DNA of 64,000 nucleotides. Origin: Myxococcota bacterium (lineage in GTDB: Bacteria; Myxococcota_A; UBA9160; UBA4427). The stretch is from positions 5,600,001 to 5,664,000 of the forward strand of contig OZ252299.1 of assembly GCA_965250285.1 (NCBI GenBank). Direction: 5' to 3'. Each line of letters begins with the position of its first letter. Within the stretch, counting starts at the first letter, position 1. The position numbers and the translations under genes were made by a program. Below are positions 10,786 through 20,248 of this stretch, piece by piece. The notes beneath the pieces were generated by a model. It did no database searches and was not told where the DNA came from. It saw only the letters and a list, made by a program, of their open reading frames with translations.

Positions 10786-12257
10786 TGCGTGTCCTCGGGC
10801 TGCTCGTCGCCTCGTCGTTGGCGCTCGCCTGCGGCGGCGATTCCGCAACCACACGATCGGGAGAGCCCCGCCACCTGGTGCTGATCAGCGTCGACACGCT
10901 GGGCGCGCGTCACGTCGGCGCCTACGGTCACACCCGCGATACCTCTCCTGCGATCGATGCGCTCGCGGCCCGTGGCGTGCTGTTCGAGAACGCGTACACG
11001 CAGCAGGTCTGGACGCTCACCGCGCACATCACGATGATGACGAGCCTACATCCCCAGGCGCACGGCGCATCGGAGCGTCGCGCCGCCTGGCCGGGTATCC
11101 CGACGTTGGCCGGGACGCTCGCCGACGCCGGCTTCGACACCGCGGCGTTCACGGGCGTCGGTGCCTACATGAACCCACGCTTCGGGCTCGGTCGGGGCTT
11201 CGATACGTACGACATCGGTCGAAGTCACGACGAGCGCGACGACAGCGTGCGGCTCGACTGGCTGCGCGCGCAGGCCGCCGCCGCCGCCGCCGACCCGACG
11301 CACCGCTTCTTTCTCTTCGCGCACTACTTCGACGTGCACTCCGACGTCGGCACCGACGTCCCCTATGTCGCGCCCGCCGAAGATGCCGAGCCCTATCTCG
11401 CCGAGGTGCTGGCCGAGGGCGAGACGTGGTCGCGCCGCGGCGACACCGATCTGCTGATCGAGCTCGAGAAGAGTGGCGAGGCGAGTGAGCGCGACCGCGC
11501 AGTGATCGGTGCGCTCTATGACGCCGGGGTCCGCTACACCGATCGAGAGGCGGTGGGTCGGCTGCTCCGGGCGATCGACGAGCTCGGGCTCGCCGAGTCG
11601 ACGCTCGTCGTGCTCACCTCGGATCACGGCGAAGAGATCTTCGAGCACGGCATGGTGAGTCATCAGCAACCCTACGACGAAACCGCACGCGTGCCGCTCG
11701 TGTTCGCCGGGCCAGGCATCCCGCAGAACGAGCGTTTTGGCGAACTGGTCGAGCTGGTCGACGTGATGCCGACCGTGCTGTCGTTGCTCGACGTGACGCC
11801 GCCGATGGGCATGCAGGGGCGCGATCTCTCGCCGCTGTGGAAGGGCGGGGCGATCGACGCGCGCGCGGCGCACGTCGACGGACTCTTCGGGGGGCTCCCG
11901 CACATGAAGTGGCGCTACCCGAGCGCGATCACGCGCGTCGTCGATGGCGTACGGTACAGCTACGTCGGCAAGGTGCACGAAGAGAAACGAGAGGACGGCT
12001 CGCGGCGTTTCTTCATGTACACCGAGGGTGAGCTCTACGACCTCGACGCCGATCCCGCCCAGAGCCACGACCTCGCGGGCGAACGTCCGCTGCTCGCCGA
12101 GCGCATGCGCAAGAGTCTGCTCGGCTGGTACGACGTCAACGAGCGCGTGGCGCGGCGACTCGAGGGGCGTGCGCGGGCGGCGGGGCAGGAGGCCCGGGTG
12201 CCGGCACCGACCGACGACGAGGCCGATCAGCTCCGAGCGCTCGGTTACACCGAGTAG
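10782..12257 (+). CDS. Sulfatase-like (alkaline phosphatase superfamily) lipoprotein with a Thr-type active site
   Basis: Lipobox ALAC; motifs LISVDTL, WTLTAH, TSDHGEE and VDVMPT; C-terminal LRALGY. Confidence 0.88.
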   Translation: MMRVLGLLVASSLALACGGDSATTRSGEPRHLVLISVDTLGARHVGAYGHTRDTSPAIDALAARGVLFENAYTQQVWTLTAHITMMTSLHPQAHGASERRAAWPGIPTLAGTLADAGFDTAAFTGVGAYMNPRFGLGRGFDTYDIGRSHDERDDSVRLDWLRAQAAAAAADPTHRFFLFAHYFDVHSDVGTDVPYVAPAEDAEPYLAEVLAEGETWSRRGDTDLLIELEKSGEASERDRAVIGALYDAGVRYTDREAVGRLLRAIDELGLAESTLVVLTSDHGEEIFEHGMVSHQQPYDETARVPLVFAGPGIPQNERFGELVELVDVMPTVLSLLDVTPPMGMQGRDLSPLWKGGAIDARAAHVDGLFGGLPHMKWRYPSAITRVVDGVRYSYVGKVHEEKREDGSRRFFMYTEGELYDLDADPAQSHDLAGERPLLAERMRKSLLGWYDVNERVARRLEGRARAAGQEARVPAPTDDEADQLRALGYTE

Positions 12258-12294
12258 GCGAGCTCGAAGCGCGGTGGTCGGCACCTGCTCGGGG

Positions 12295-13293
12295 CTACGT
12301 CGCTTCGGCCCTGCGTCCAGCAAGAAACGAGGCGAGCCCCAGCCCCGCCCAGCCGAGATTCACCAGGCCGGTCAGCAGGCCGAGGGCCAGGGCGGCTTCG
12401 GCCGGCATCCCCAATCGCCCGAGCAACGCGACGAAGAGCAGCTCACGCACGCCGGTGCCGCCGATCGAGATCGGCAGCATGCTGGCGAGCGTCACGAAGG
12501 GCACGACCACAGCGAACCAGGGCACGGCGACGTCGCCTTCGAGGGGGCGAGCGAGGGCCCAGACGGCCACGACGGGCAGCGCCTGGCACGCCAACGACAG
12601 CGCGATTGCGAGTGAGGTGCGTCGCGTGTCGTCGCGCACGGCCGCGAGCCCTTCACCCGCTTCGAGCGCGAGTGTGCGCACGCGACCGAACCGGCGAGGC
12701 AGCCGGTCGAAGACGGCGCGCGCGAACCGTGCGGCCCGGGGATGCAGCAGGCTGAAGGGGCCGAAGGTGCAGACCGCAGCGAGCGATACGCCTGCCGCGA
12801 AGAGACCGCGCGGGAGGGCGTCGCTCGGCGCCCAGGGCGCACCGCACAGCGCGACGAGCCCGAGGGCCTGCAAGCCGAGCACGCGCTCGAGCGTCACGAC
12901 CCCGAGCACGGCAGGCCCCTTGCGCAGTCGGTCGTGGCCCTGCCAGACGCGCCAGGCGTCGCCGAGCACGCCCCCGGGCAGCACCGTGTTGAAGAACGTG
13001 GCCTCGAAGAAGAGCCGCAGGGCCGATCCGAATCGCGTGGGCACGTGGGCTGCGCGCATCAGCAGGTGAAAGCGCAGCGCGGCGAGCGTGAGCGTCGCGC
13101 CGAAGAGCGCGAAGCCGACGCCGATCCACATGAGCGTCTCGTCGCGGGGTGCATCGAACGCGTCGAACGTCGCCGCCCAGGCGATGCCGCCCGCCGCGTC
13201 GCGCGGCAGGGCGATGTGAAACGACCAAGCGAGCAGCGCGAGGGCCGGGATCCCGCGCAGCGCGAGCCGCAGCCAGGCGCGTTGGGCGCTCAC
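12295..13293 (-). CDS. Lysylphosphatidylglycerol-synthase TM domain / UPF0104 flippase-like protein
   Basis: Motifs FFNTVLPGGVLGDAWR, LERVLG and LPISIGGTGVRE; about 8 TM helices. Confidence 0.85.
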   Translation of the reverse strand: MSAQRAWLRLALRGIPALALLAWSFHIALPRDAAGGIAWAATFDAFDAPRDETLMWIGVGFALFGATLTLAALRFHLLMRAAHVPTRFGSALRLFFEATFFNTVLPGGVLGDAWRVWQGHDRLRKGPAVLGVVTLERVLGLQALGLVALCGAPWAPSDALPRGLFAAGVSLAAVCTFGPFSLLHPRAARFARAVFDRLPRRFGRVRTLALEAGEGLAAVRDDTRRTSLAIALSLACQALPVVAVWALARPLEGDVAVPWFAVVVPFVTLASMLPISIGGTGVRELLFVALLGRLGMPAEAALALGLLTGLVNLGWAGLGLASFLAGRRAEAT

Positions 13294-13337
13294 GAACGCT
13301 CGCCCCCCGCCCGGGCGATCGGTGAACCCACGCGCGC

Positions 13338-14156
13338 TCAGTCCTCTTTCCGGATGCGGTGGGGGTTGCGCGTCGTGAGGAAGGGAAAGAGTCGACCGAG
13401 CAAATTCAGCACGAAGGCGTCGACCTTCATGAAGGCGCGCAGCATCGGGCGTTCGGGGCGCCCTGCGAAGCTCGTGACGTGGCTGTAGTCGACGCCCCCC
13501 GGTGGCCGCGCCGTGAAGTAGTAGTTCGAGACGCAGAGCCGGGGCGCGTCGCCGGTGATCTCGGCGACGCCGTGCCAGCTCGTGGCATGCGTCTCCATGA
13601 TCGCGAGACGGTTGAAGCGAGCGGGGAGGAGCGTCGCTTCGCGCACCCCTTCGTCCCAGAGCTCGAGCTCGCCGCCGTCTCTTTCGCCGAGATCGGGCGA
13701 CGCGTAGTAGAGCACGTTGATCGCGCGATAGAGTCGGTTGTCGCCGTCGTGCGAGTTGTCGAGGTGCGGGTTCAGAAAGTCGCCGCGCAGCATGACCGAG
13801 AGCCCCGAGGCGTAGAGCGTCGGATCGGCTTCGAGCCCCTCGAGATCGGTGATCGCTTCGACGGCGCGCCGAACCGACTCGGCCTGGAACGCGTACGTCA
13901 CGTCGTTGACGATCGGCTGGTAGGCCGCGACGTCGACGCCCACGCGCTTGCGCTCACGCCAGGTGTTGCGCAGCCGGAGCGTACTTGCGTCGGGAAAGGC
14001 CGCGGCGACGGCGCGGGCCGTATCCTCGGGGATCAGATCGTCGATCGTCACGCAGCGAAACGGGGTCGAGGCGGCCCAGGCTTCGCGCAGCCGGTCGCGA
14101 TCGGCGACGAGGCGCGCGGCGATGTGTTCGGCGAGTTCGCTCCGCGACCAGCTCAC
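13338..14156 (-). CDS. 2OG-Fe(II) oxygenase
   Basis: HxD motif (PHLDNSH), GGELELW, distal His in SWHGV and a downstream Arg. Confidence 0.88.
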   Translation of the reverse strand: MSWSRSELAEHIAARLVADRDRLREAWAASTPFRCVTIDDLIPEDTARAVAAAFPDASTLRLRNTWRERKRVGVDVAAYQPIVNDVTYAFQAESVRRAVEAITDLEGLEADPTLYASGLSVMLRGDFLNPHLDNSHDGDNRLYRAINVLYYASPDLGERDGGELELWDEGVREATLLPARFNRLAIMETHATSWHGVAEITGDAPRLCVSNYYFTARPPGGVDYSHVTSFAGRPERPMLRAFMKVDAFVLNLLGRLFPFLTTRNPHRIRKED

Positions 14157-14220
14157 ATGAGCCTCCGCTCGTGTCGGCGCACGGGTCGGCGCGATGTCGG
14201 CGTGCGCATCGGCTTCGGGG

Positions 14221-15345
14221 TCAACGCAGCAGCAGATCCTGGGCCAGGCTCTTCATGCCGTACCCATAGTGAGTGTAGTGGCCGCGCACGGCTTCGCGCA
14301 GGATCGGACCGAGTCGGGCGATGAAGCCCGCCGGCAGCGCGTCGCGCACGCGTGAGTGCTCGACCTTGGCTTCGATGTGGCGGCGCAGCGCGGGGTCGAC
14401 CTCGAACTCGGGGTGGGCGTCGAGGCGTCGACCGGCCTCGCCGAAGAGCTGGGCGGCGTGGTCGAAGGCGCGTTCGCTGATCTGCCCCCTCGCCTTCTCG
14501 ATCTGCGCGCGCAGATCGAGCAGCGCGAGGCCGAACTGGTTGTCGGCGTGCAGGCGGTACTCGACGAGGTCTTCGTCGAGGATGTCGAAGCCCGAGACCG
14601 CGGCCACCATGAACGCGACCCATGCGTCGTGCACGCTGCGCAGACGCGGGAAGGGCAGGACGAGCGGCAGATAGCGACCGCGAAAGGCGAACGTGTTGCC
14701 CGCGGCGACGACGTGGCGCATGAAGACGCGTGCGGCCTCGCCGCGATGCACCATGCGCTGCTCGCCCGCGTGAAAGCCCTGGGCGCGCCAGAGGTCGTAG
14801 CCGAGGGGTCGGCGGTCGTCGTCGACGACGCCGCCGTTGCAGAAGAGACCTCCCGTCTCGGGATGCGCGTCGAAGTGCGCGACCATGCGCTCGATCTTCG
14901 TCGGCCTCCAGACGTCGTCCTGGTCGGCGAAGAACACGATGTCGCGGTCGCAGCGGCCGATGGCGCGCTCGAAGTTGACGGTGGTTCGCGCGCGCTCCGT
15001 ATTGCGCACGAGCTGCACTTCGAAGGGGGCATCGGCGGCGAAGCGCTCGACGCGCTCGCAGGTGTCGTCGCCCGAGACGTCGTCGCTCACGATGAGCTGG
15101 TCGGGCGGGCGCGTCTGTCTCGCCAGGCTCTCGAGCTGCTCGTCGATGAAGCGTGCGCCCTCGAACGTCGCCATCGCCACCGAGACGGACGTTCGGTCGG
15201 CGGGCGATTCGGGACGTGCGTCTCGCGCTTCGGCTGCGATCGTCCTGTCTCCGTGACGTCGACGACGAGGCGTCGCATCGGGTTCGCTCGCGCGCCGCTC
15301 CCAGGCGTTCGCCGCGCAGTGCGTGCCACCGCGCCGGGCGAGCAT
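14221..15345 (-). CDS. GT2 glycosyltransferase (rhamnosyltransferase-like); start codon uncertain
   Basis: Motifs SVAMATFEGARFIDEQLESL, VSDDVSGD, FADQDDVW, HDAW and YRLH. Confidence 0.88.
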   Translation of the reverse strand: MLARRGGTHCAANAWERRASEPDATPRRRRHGDRTIAAEARDARPESPADRTSVSVAMATFEGARFIDEQLESLARQTRPPDQLIVSDDVSGDDTCERVERFAADAPFEVQLVRNTERARTTVNFERAIGRCDRDIVFFADQDDVWRPTKIERMVAHFDAHPETGGLFCNGGVVDDDRRPLGYDLWRAQGFHAGEQRMVHRGEAARVFMRHVVAAGNTFAFRGRYLPLVLPFPRLRSVHDAWVAFMVAAVSGFDILDEDLVEYRLHADNQFGLALLDLRAQIEKARGQISERAFDHAAQLFGEAGRRLDAHPEFEVDPALRRHIEAKVEHSRVRDALPAGFIARLGPILREAVRGHYTHYGYGMKSLAQDLLLR

Positions 15346-15415
15346 AGAAGAAGCGCGAACGTGCGAGCCATGCTTCGACATGGCCCGCCGCGCTGCCGCT
15401 CGGTACCCTGCCGCC

Positions 15416-16891
15416 ATGCCCGGCCCCACTGCGCGACGCCGCATTCAGCGAATTGCGCGCGAGCTGCGCATTCGGGCCCGCGAGGCCGCGACGCTCTGCG
15501 CGCTGGCTTGCGTCGTCGTCGCCTGCGGCGAGGCCCCCGAAGCGACTCGGGCCCGCGATCCACGCCCCAACATCCTGATGATCTCGCTCGATACGACCCG
15601 GGCCGACCACCTCTCGGCCTACGGCTACGAGCGCGAGACCAGCCCGCGGCTCGCGGCCCTCGCGGCCGAGGGCGTGCGCTTCGACGCCGCATATGCGCCG
15701 TCGGCGACGACCGGGCCGACGCATGCGAGTCTGTTCACAGGCCTGGCCCCGATGGCCCACGACGTGCGCAAGAACGGCCAGCGACTCGCATCGACGCTGC
15801 CCACCCTCGCGGGCGTGCTCTCGGCGGCCGGATTCGAGACCGCCGGTGTGATCAGCTCGTTCGTCCTCTCCGAGCGCTTCGGTTTCGCGAGCGGCTTCGA
15901 CGTGTGGAACGAAGACTTCTCGCAGGCGACGGCGCCCGAAGGGGTGACCGTCTGGGAAGGGCTCGAGGTCGAGGGGAAGTTCTACGGCAGCGCCGAAGAC
16001 ACGACGCGGCGCGCGCTGGCGTGGCTCGACGCGCGCGTCCATCCCGAGCGCCCTTTCTTTCTGCTGGTGCACTACTTCGACCCGCACGACCCGTACACGC
16101 CGCCCCCCGGCTACCGTCCGCCCTTCGATCCCGGGCCCAAGGCGGCGCTGAAGCAGGTTCGCACCGTCTTTCTCTACGATCTGCTGCTGGCGTACACCGA
16201 CGAGCAGATGGGGCGACTGCTCGATGGCCTCGCCGAGCGCGGCCTCGATGCCGACACGCTCGTCGTCGTGGTGGGCGACCACGGTGAAGGGCTGATGGAC
16301 CACGGGCACCCGTTTCACGGCGCGCAGATCTACGAAGAAGCGGTGCGGATCCCGTTCGTCGCGCGCTGGCCGGGCCGCATCGAGCCGGGCGGCGAGATCG
16401 CCGAGCCCGTTGCGCTGGTCGATCTGCCCTCGGTGCTGCTCGAGGCTGCCGGCGCGTCGAGCCGCGCGCTCACGGGGGCATCGCGCGGTCCGCTCGGCGA
16501 GCTCCTGACCCGGACCGACCCCGGCGACGAAGCAGGCGAGACCCCGGTCTTTCTCTACCGCCGCCACTACGAGCCGGCCGATCTGACCGACACGGTCTCG
16601 GTCGCGGGCGAGCAGCTCGGCGTGCGCCTCGGTCGTTGGAAGCTGATTCGCGCGCCCGAGGAGGGTCGCCTCGAGCTGTACGACCTCGCGGTCGATCCGG
16701 GCGAGTCGAAGAACGTGGCCGACGAACATCCCGAACGTGTCGCCGCCCTGGGCGCGCTGCTGGACGACTGGAGCGCCGATGCGGACCGCGTGCGCGAGAC
16801 GTGGCGGCGCGCTTCGGGGGACGCGCGCGGTGAGCACGATCTCGACCCCGAAGAGCGCGCGCGGCTGGAGGCGCTCGGCTATGTCGAGTAG
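15416..16891 (+). CDS. Sulfatase-like lipoprotein with a Thr-type active site
   Basis: Lipobox VVAC; motifs PNILMISLDTTRADHL, TTGPTHASLFTG, HYFDPHDPY and GDHGEG; C-terminal LEALGY. Confidence 0.9.
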   Translation: MPGPTARRRIQRIARELRIRAREAATLCALACVVVACGEAPEATRARDPRPNILMISLDTTRADHLSAYGYERETSPRLAALAAEGVRFDAAYAPSATTGPTHASLFTGLAPMAHDVRKNGQRLASTLPTLAGVLSAAGFETAGVISSFVLSERFGFASGFDVWNEDFSQATAPEGVTVWEGLEVEGKFYGSAEDTTRRALAWLDARVHPERPFFLLVHYFDPHDPYTPPPGYRPPFDPGPKAALKQVRTVFLYDLLLAYTDEQMGRLLDGLAERGLDADTLVVVVGDHGEGLMDHGHPFHGAQIYEEAVRIPFVARWPGRIEPGGEIAEPVALVDLPSVLLEAAGASSRALTGASRGPLGELLTRTDPGDEAGETPVFLYRRHYEPADLTDTVSVAGEQLGVRLGRWKLIRAPEEGRLELYDLAVDPGESKNVADEHPERVAALGALLDDWSADADRVRETWRRASGDARGEHDLDPEERARLEALGYVE

Positions 16892-16932
16892 AGCGGGGTC
16901 GAGTAACCGAGGGGCGAGTAGCGGAGGGTCGA
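16883..16932. repeat. Degenerate 15-bp tandem repeat (about 3.3 copies) beginning in the last codons of the sulfatase-like gene
   Basis: Units gtcgagtagagcggg / gtcgagtaaccgagg / ggcgagtagcggagg / gtcga at 16883, 16898, 16913 and 16928. Confidence 0.65.
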
Positions 16933-16946
16933 TCCGCGCGGGTTCG

Positions 16947-18473
16947 ATGAGAACCAGGTCGCGGCAAGCGCCGTCGCAGCGCGCCGTGCCCAGTCGCGGC
17001 CCGACCTCGCGGCGGACGTCCACAGCGTGGACCGTCGCGGCGCTCGTTCTGCTCATCGTCGTGGCCTTCGGTTGTTCGAGCGAGTCGACCCGGCCCGACG
17101 TGCTGCTCGTGACCATCGACACGCTGCGCCCCGACTTCCTCGAACCCTATGGCTTCGAGCAGCCGTCGTCGCCGGTGATCGCCGGCCTCGCCGAAGAGGG
17201 CGTCGTGTTCGACAACGCGATCGCGGCGGGGTCGCTCACCGCGCCGGCGCACGGCTCGATCATGACGGGCCGCTTCGCACGGCAGCACTCGATCGGCGCG
17301 CTGAACGGCGAGACCCGCCTCGAAGGCGCGCCGACGCTGGCCGAGCAGTTCGCCGGTGCGGGCTACGACACCGCCGCCTTCATCTCGAACGTGGTGCTGC
17401 GTCGCCGGCTCGGTCTCGATCGCGGCTTTGGCGTGTACGACGACGACCTGCCAGAGCAGGAGCTCAATCGGCCGTTGTACTTCGAGCGCACGGCCGACGA
17501 GACGGCGGCCCGCGCGCTCGAATGGCTCGCGTCGCGCGGCGACGAGCCGGTCTTCCTCTGGCTGCATCTCCAGGATCCGCACGGGCCGTACACGCCCCCC
17601 GAAGAGACGCGCGGGCGCTTCGAAGACGTACCATTGCGCGTGAAGCAGCGCCTGCAGGTGCTCGACAAGAACAGCGGACGCGCCGGTATTCCGGCCTACC
17701 AGGCGCTGCCCGGTGTCGATCGCCCGGGCGAGTACGCTGCGCGCTATGCCGAAGAGGTGCTCTTCGCCGATCGCTGGCTCGGCGAGGTGCTCGAGGCGGT
17801 GCGGGCGCGCCGCCCCGGCGTGCCGCCGATCGTCGTGCTCACGGCCGACCACGGCGAGAGCATGGGCGAGCAGGGCTGGTTCTTTCAGCATGGACAGGCC
17901 TCGACACCCGATCTCGCGCGCGTGCCCCTCCTGGCCGTCGTGCCCGGCGTCGAGCCGCGTCGCGACGCGTCGTTCGTCAGCCATGCCGATCTCGCGCCGA
18001 CGATCCTCGAACTCGCGGGTCTGTCTGCGCTCGAAGGGGCCACCGGAGACTCTCTGGCCGACCTGATCCGTTCGGGGGACACGTTGGGTGAGCGTGTGAT
18101 CTTCTGCGACACCGACGGCGAGTCGGCCGCCTACTTCGAGGGCGGCATCGTGCGGGCGCAGGGCGGCGCCGCCCACGCCGTGCCAGGCTCGGCAAGCGGC
18201 CCAACCCGGTTCACGGGCCTGCGCGAGAAGGAGCCAGGCGTCTGGCGCCCGATGCCCGTCGAAGAGACCGCCCGCGAGGCGCTCACGACCTACCTCGGCG
18301 CGGCGGTGCCCCTCGTGCCCGCAGGCGCCATGGAGCCCGAGCACATCGAGCACTTGCGCGCGCTCGGCTATCTCGACCCTGCGCTCGACCCCGATCTCGA
18401 CCCCGACTCGGACGAGGGGCAGGCCGAGGCGGAAGCCGACGAGACGCACGATGGCGGGGCGGAGGCGCGCTGA
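16947..18473 (+). CDS. Sulfatase-like lipoprotein with a Thr-type active site
   Basis: Lipobox AFGC; motifs VTIDTLRPD, LTAPAHGSIMTG, QDPHGPY and ADHGES; LRALGY followed by an acidic tail. Start may be 16881 or 16947. Confidence 0.88.
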   Translation: MRTRSRQAPSQRAVPSRGPTSRRTSTAWTVAALVLLIVVAFGCSSESTRPDVLLVTIDTLRPDFLEPYGFEQPSSPVIAGLAEEGVVFDNAIAAGSLTAPAHGSIMTGRFARQHSIGALNGETRLEGAPTLAEQFAGAGYDTAAFISNVVLRRRLGLDRGFGVYDDDLPEQELNRPLYFERTADETAARALEWLASRGDEPVFLWLHLQDPHGPYTPPEETRGRFEDVPLRVKQRLQVLDKNSGRAGIPAYQALPGVDRPGEYAARYAEEVLFADRWLGEVLEAVRARRPGVPPIVVLTADHGESMGEQGWFFQHGQASTPDLARVPLLAVVPGVEPRRDASFVSHADLAPTILELAGLSALEGATGDSLADLIRSGDTLGERVIFCDTDGESAAYFEGGIVRAQGGAAHAVPGSASGPTRFTGLREKEPGVWRPMPVEETAREALTTYLGAAVPLVPAGAMEPEHIEHLRALGYLDPALDPDLDPDSDEGQAEAEADETHDGGAEAR

Positions 18474-18475
18474 CG

Positions 18476-19198
18476 ATGTATCGCGGCCTCAAGGTGATCG
18501 CGATCGCGCCCGTGCTCGACGAAGAGGTGAAGATTCGGGAGGTGGTGCGGCGGGTGCCCCGGGACGTCGTCGACGAGGTGCTGGTGGTCGACGATGGCTC
18601 GACCGATCGCTCGGCCGACGTCGCCCGCGAGCAGGGCGCGCGGGTCGTCTCGATGGGCTACGTCGCCGGCGTGGGCGCTGCGCTTCGCCGAGGGTACGCC
18701 GAGGCTGTGGCGGGCGGCTTCGACGTGGCCGTGGTCATGGCCGGCAACAACAAGGACTCGCCCGAAGAGATCCCGCTGCTGCTCGACCCGATCGCCGACG
18801 GCCGCGCCGATTTCGTGCAGGGCTCGCGCTTTCTCAAGCCCGATGCGCAGTTCGGTGAGATGCCGATCTACCGCCGCCTTGCGACGCGCATCCACCCGAT
18901 CCTGTTCTCGATCGTGTCGGGTCGAAGGGTGACCGAGTCGACCAACGGCTTTCGCGCGATCCATACGCGCGTGTTGCAGGACGAACGCCTCGATCTCGAT
19001 CAGCCGTGGCTCGATGAGTACGAGCTCGAGCCCTACCTCTATTACAGGGTCATTCGAATGGGTTTCGCCACGGCGGAAGTGCCCGTGACGAAGATCTACC
19101 CGCCGAAGGCGCTCGGGCAGACGAAGATGAAGCCCGTCACGGGTTGGTGGTCGATGCTTCGGCCGCTCGTGTACCTTGGGCTCCGCATCAAGCACTAG
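18476..19198 (+). CDS. GT2 polyprenyl-phosphate glycosyltransferase (DPM1/ArnC-like)
   Basis: Motifs LVVDDGSTD, GVGAALRRG, DFVQGSRF and TNGFRA. The usual DxD position reads MAGNNKD. Confidence 0.88.
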   Translation: MYRGLKVIAIAPVLDEEVKIREVVRRVPRDVVDEVLVVDDGSTDRSADVAREQGARVVSMGYVAGVGAALRRGYAEAVAGGFDVAVVMAGNNKDSPEEIPLLLDPIADGRADFVQGSRFLKPDAQFGEMPIYRRLATRIHPILFSIVSGRRVTESTNGFRAIHTRVLQDERLDLDQPWLDEYELEPYLYYRVIRMGFATAEVPVTKIYPPKALGQTKMKPVTGWWSMLRPLVYLGLRIKH

Positions 19199-19207
19199 GA
19201 TGTCGGC

Positions 19208-20248
19208 ATGAGCGCAGATCCGCTGGTCCGCGTCGCCGTGGTCGGAGCCGGCCACTGGGGCCCGAACCTCATCAACAATTTCGAGAGCAGTCTGCGCAGC
19301 CGGGTCGCGTGGGTGGTGGACCGGGACGCGCAGCGGCTCGAGCGCGTGCGCGAACGCTTTCCCGACATGCGCACCACAGACGACGTGCGTCACGCGATCG
19401 ACGATCCCGACGTCGATGCGGTGGTCATCGCCACGCCCACGAGCACGCACCTCGAGCTCGCGAAGGCCGCGCTCGAAGCGGGCAAGCACGTGCTGGTCGA
19501 GAAGCCGCTGGCCGATTCGGTGGCCGGCTGCGAAACGCTCTGCGAGCTGGCCGAGCGCGAGCAGCGCGTCTTGATGGTCGGGCACATCTTCGTCTACAAC
19601 GACGCGGCCCGGAAGGTGAAGTCGATCATCGAGGCCGGGGACCTCGGCCGCATCTACTACATCGCGATGAACCGAACGAACCTCGGCCCGATTCGCGTCG
19701 ACGTGAACGCGGCCTGGGATCTCGCGGCCCACGACATTGCGCTCGCGAGCGACTGGCTCGGCAGCTGGCCGCAGTCGGTGTCGGCCACCGGCGGTGCGTG
19801 GATCAACGAGGGCGTGGCCGACGCCGTCTTCGCGACCCTGCGCTACCCGGGCGACGTGCTGGTCAACCTCCATGCGAGCTGGCTGAACCCGCGCAAAGCG
19901 CGCGACATCACCGTCGTCGGCGATACGCGCATGCTCACCTTCGACGACATCGACCTGCGCGAGCCGGTTCGCATCTACGACAAGCAGGTCTCGAACGAGC
20001 GCACGGGCGCGTCGTTCGTCGATACGTTCTCTTCGTTCCGCATGAGCGTGCTCGATGGGGACGTCAGCGTGCCGCGCTTCCCGATGGGTGAGCCGCTCAA
20101 GAACGAGTGCGAGCACTTTCTCGACTGCGTGATCGACGGCAAGGCAGCGCGCTCGGGGGGGCCGGAGGGGCTGGCGGTGGTGCGCGTGCTCGAGGCGCTG
20201 TCGCGCAGTCTCGAGCAGGGTGGCACCAGCGAGGCGACGGGGTTGTAG
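19208..20248 (+). CDS. Gfo/Idh/MocA family oxidoreductase (WlbA/WbpB-like nucleotide-sugar dehydrogenase)
   Basis: Motifs VVGAGHWG, IATP, GKHVLVEKP and WDLAAHD. Confidence 0.93.
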   Translation: MSADPLVRVAVVGAGHWGPNLINNFESSLRSRVAWVVDRDAQRLERVRERFPDMRTTDDVRHAIDDPDVDAVVIATPTSTHLELAKAALEAGKHVLVEKPLADSVAGCETLCELAEREQRVLMVGHIFVYNDAARKVKSIIEAGDLGRIYYIAMNRTNLGPIRVDVNAAWDLAAHDIALASDWLGSWPQSVSATGGAWINEGVADAVFATLRYPGDVLVNLHASWLNPRKARDITVVGDTRMLTFDDIDLREPVRIYDKQVSNERTGASFVDTFSSFRMSVLDGDVSVPRFPMGEPLKNECEHFLDCVIDGKAARSGGPEGLAVVRVLEALSRSLEQGGTSEATGL

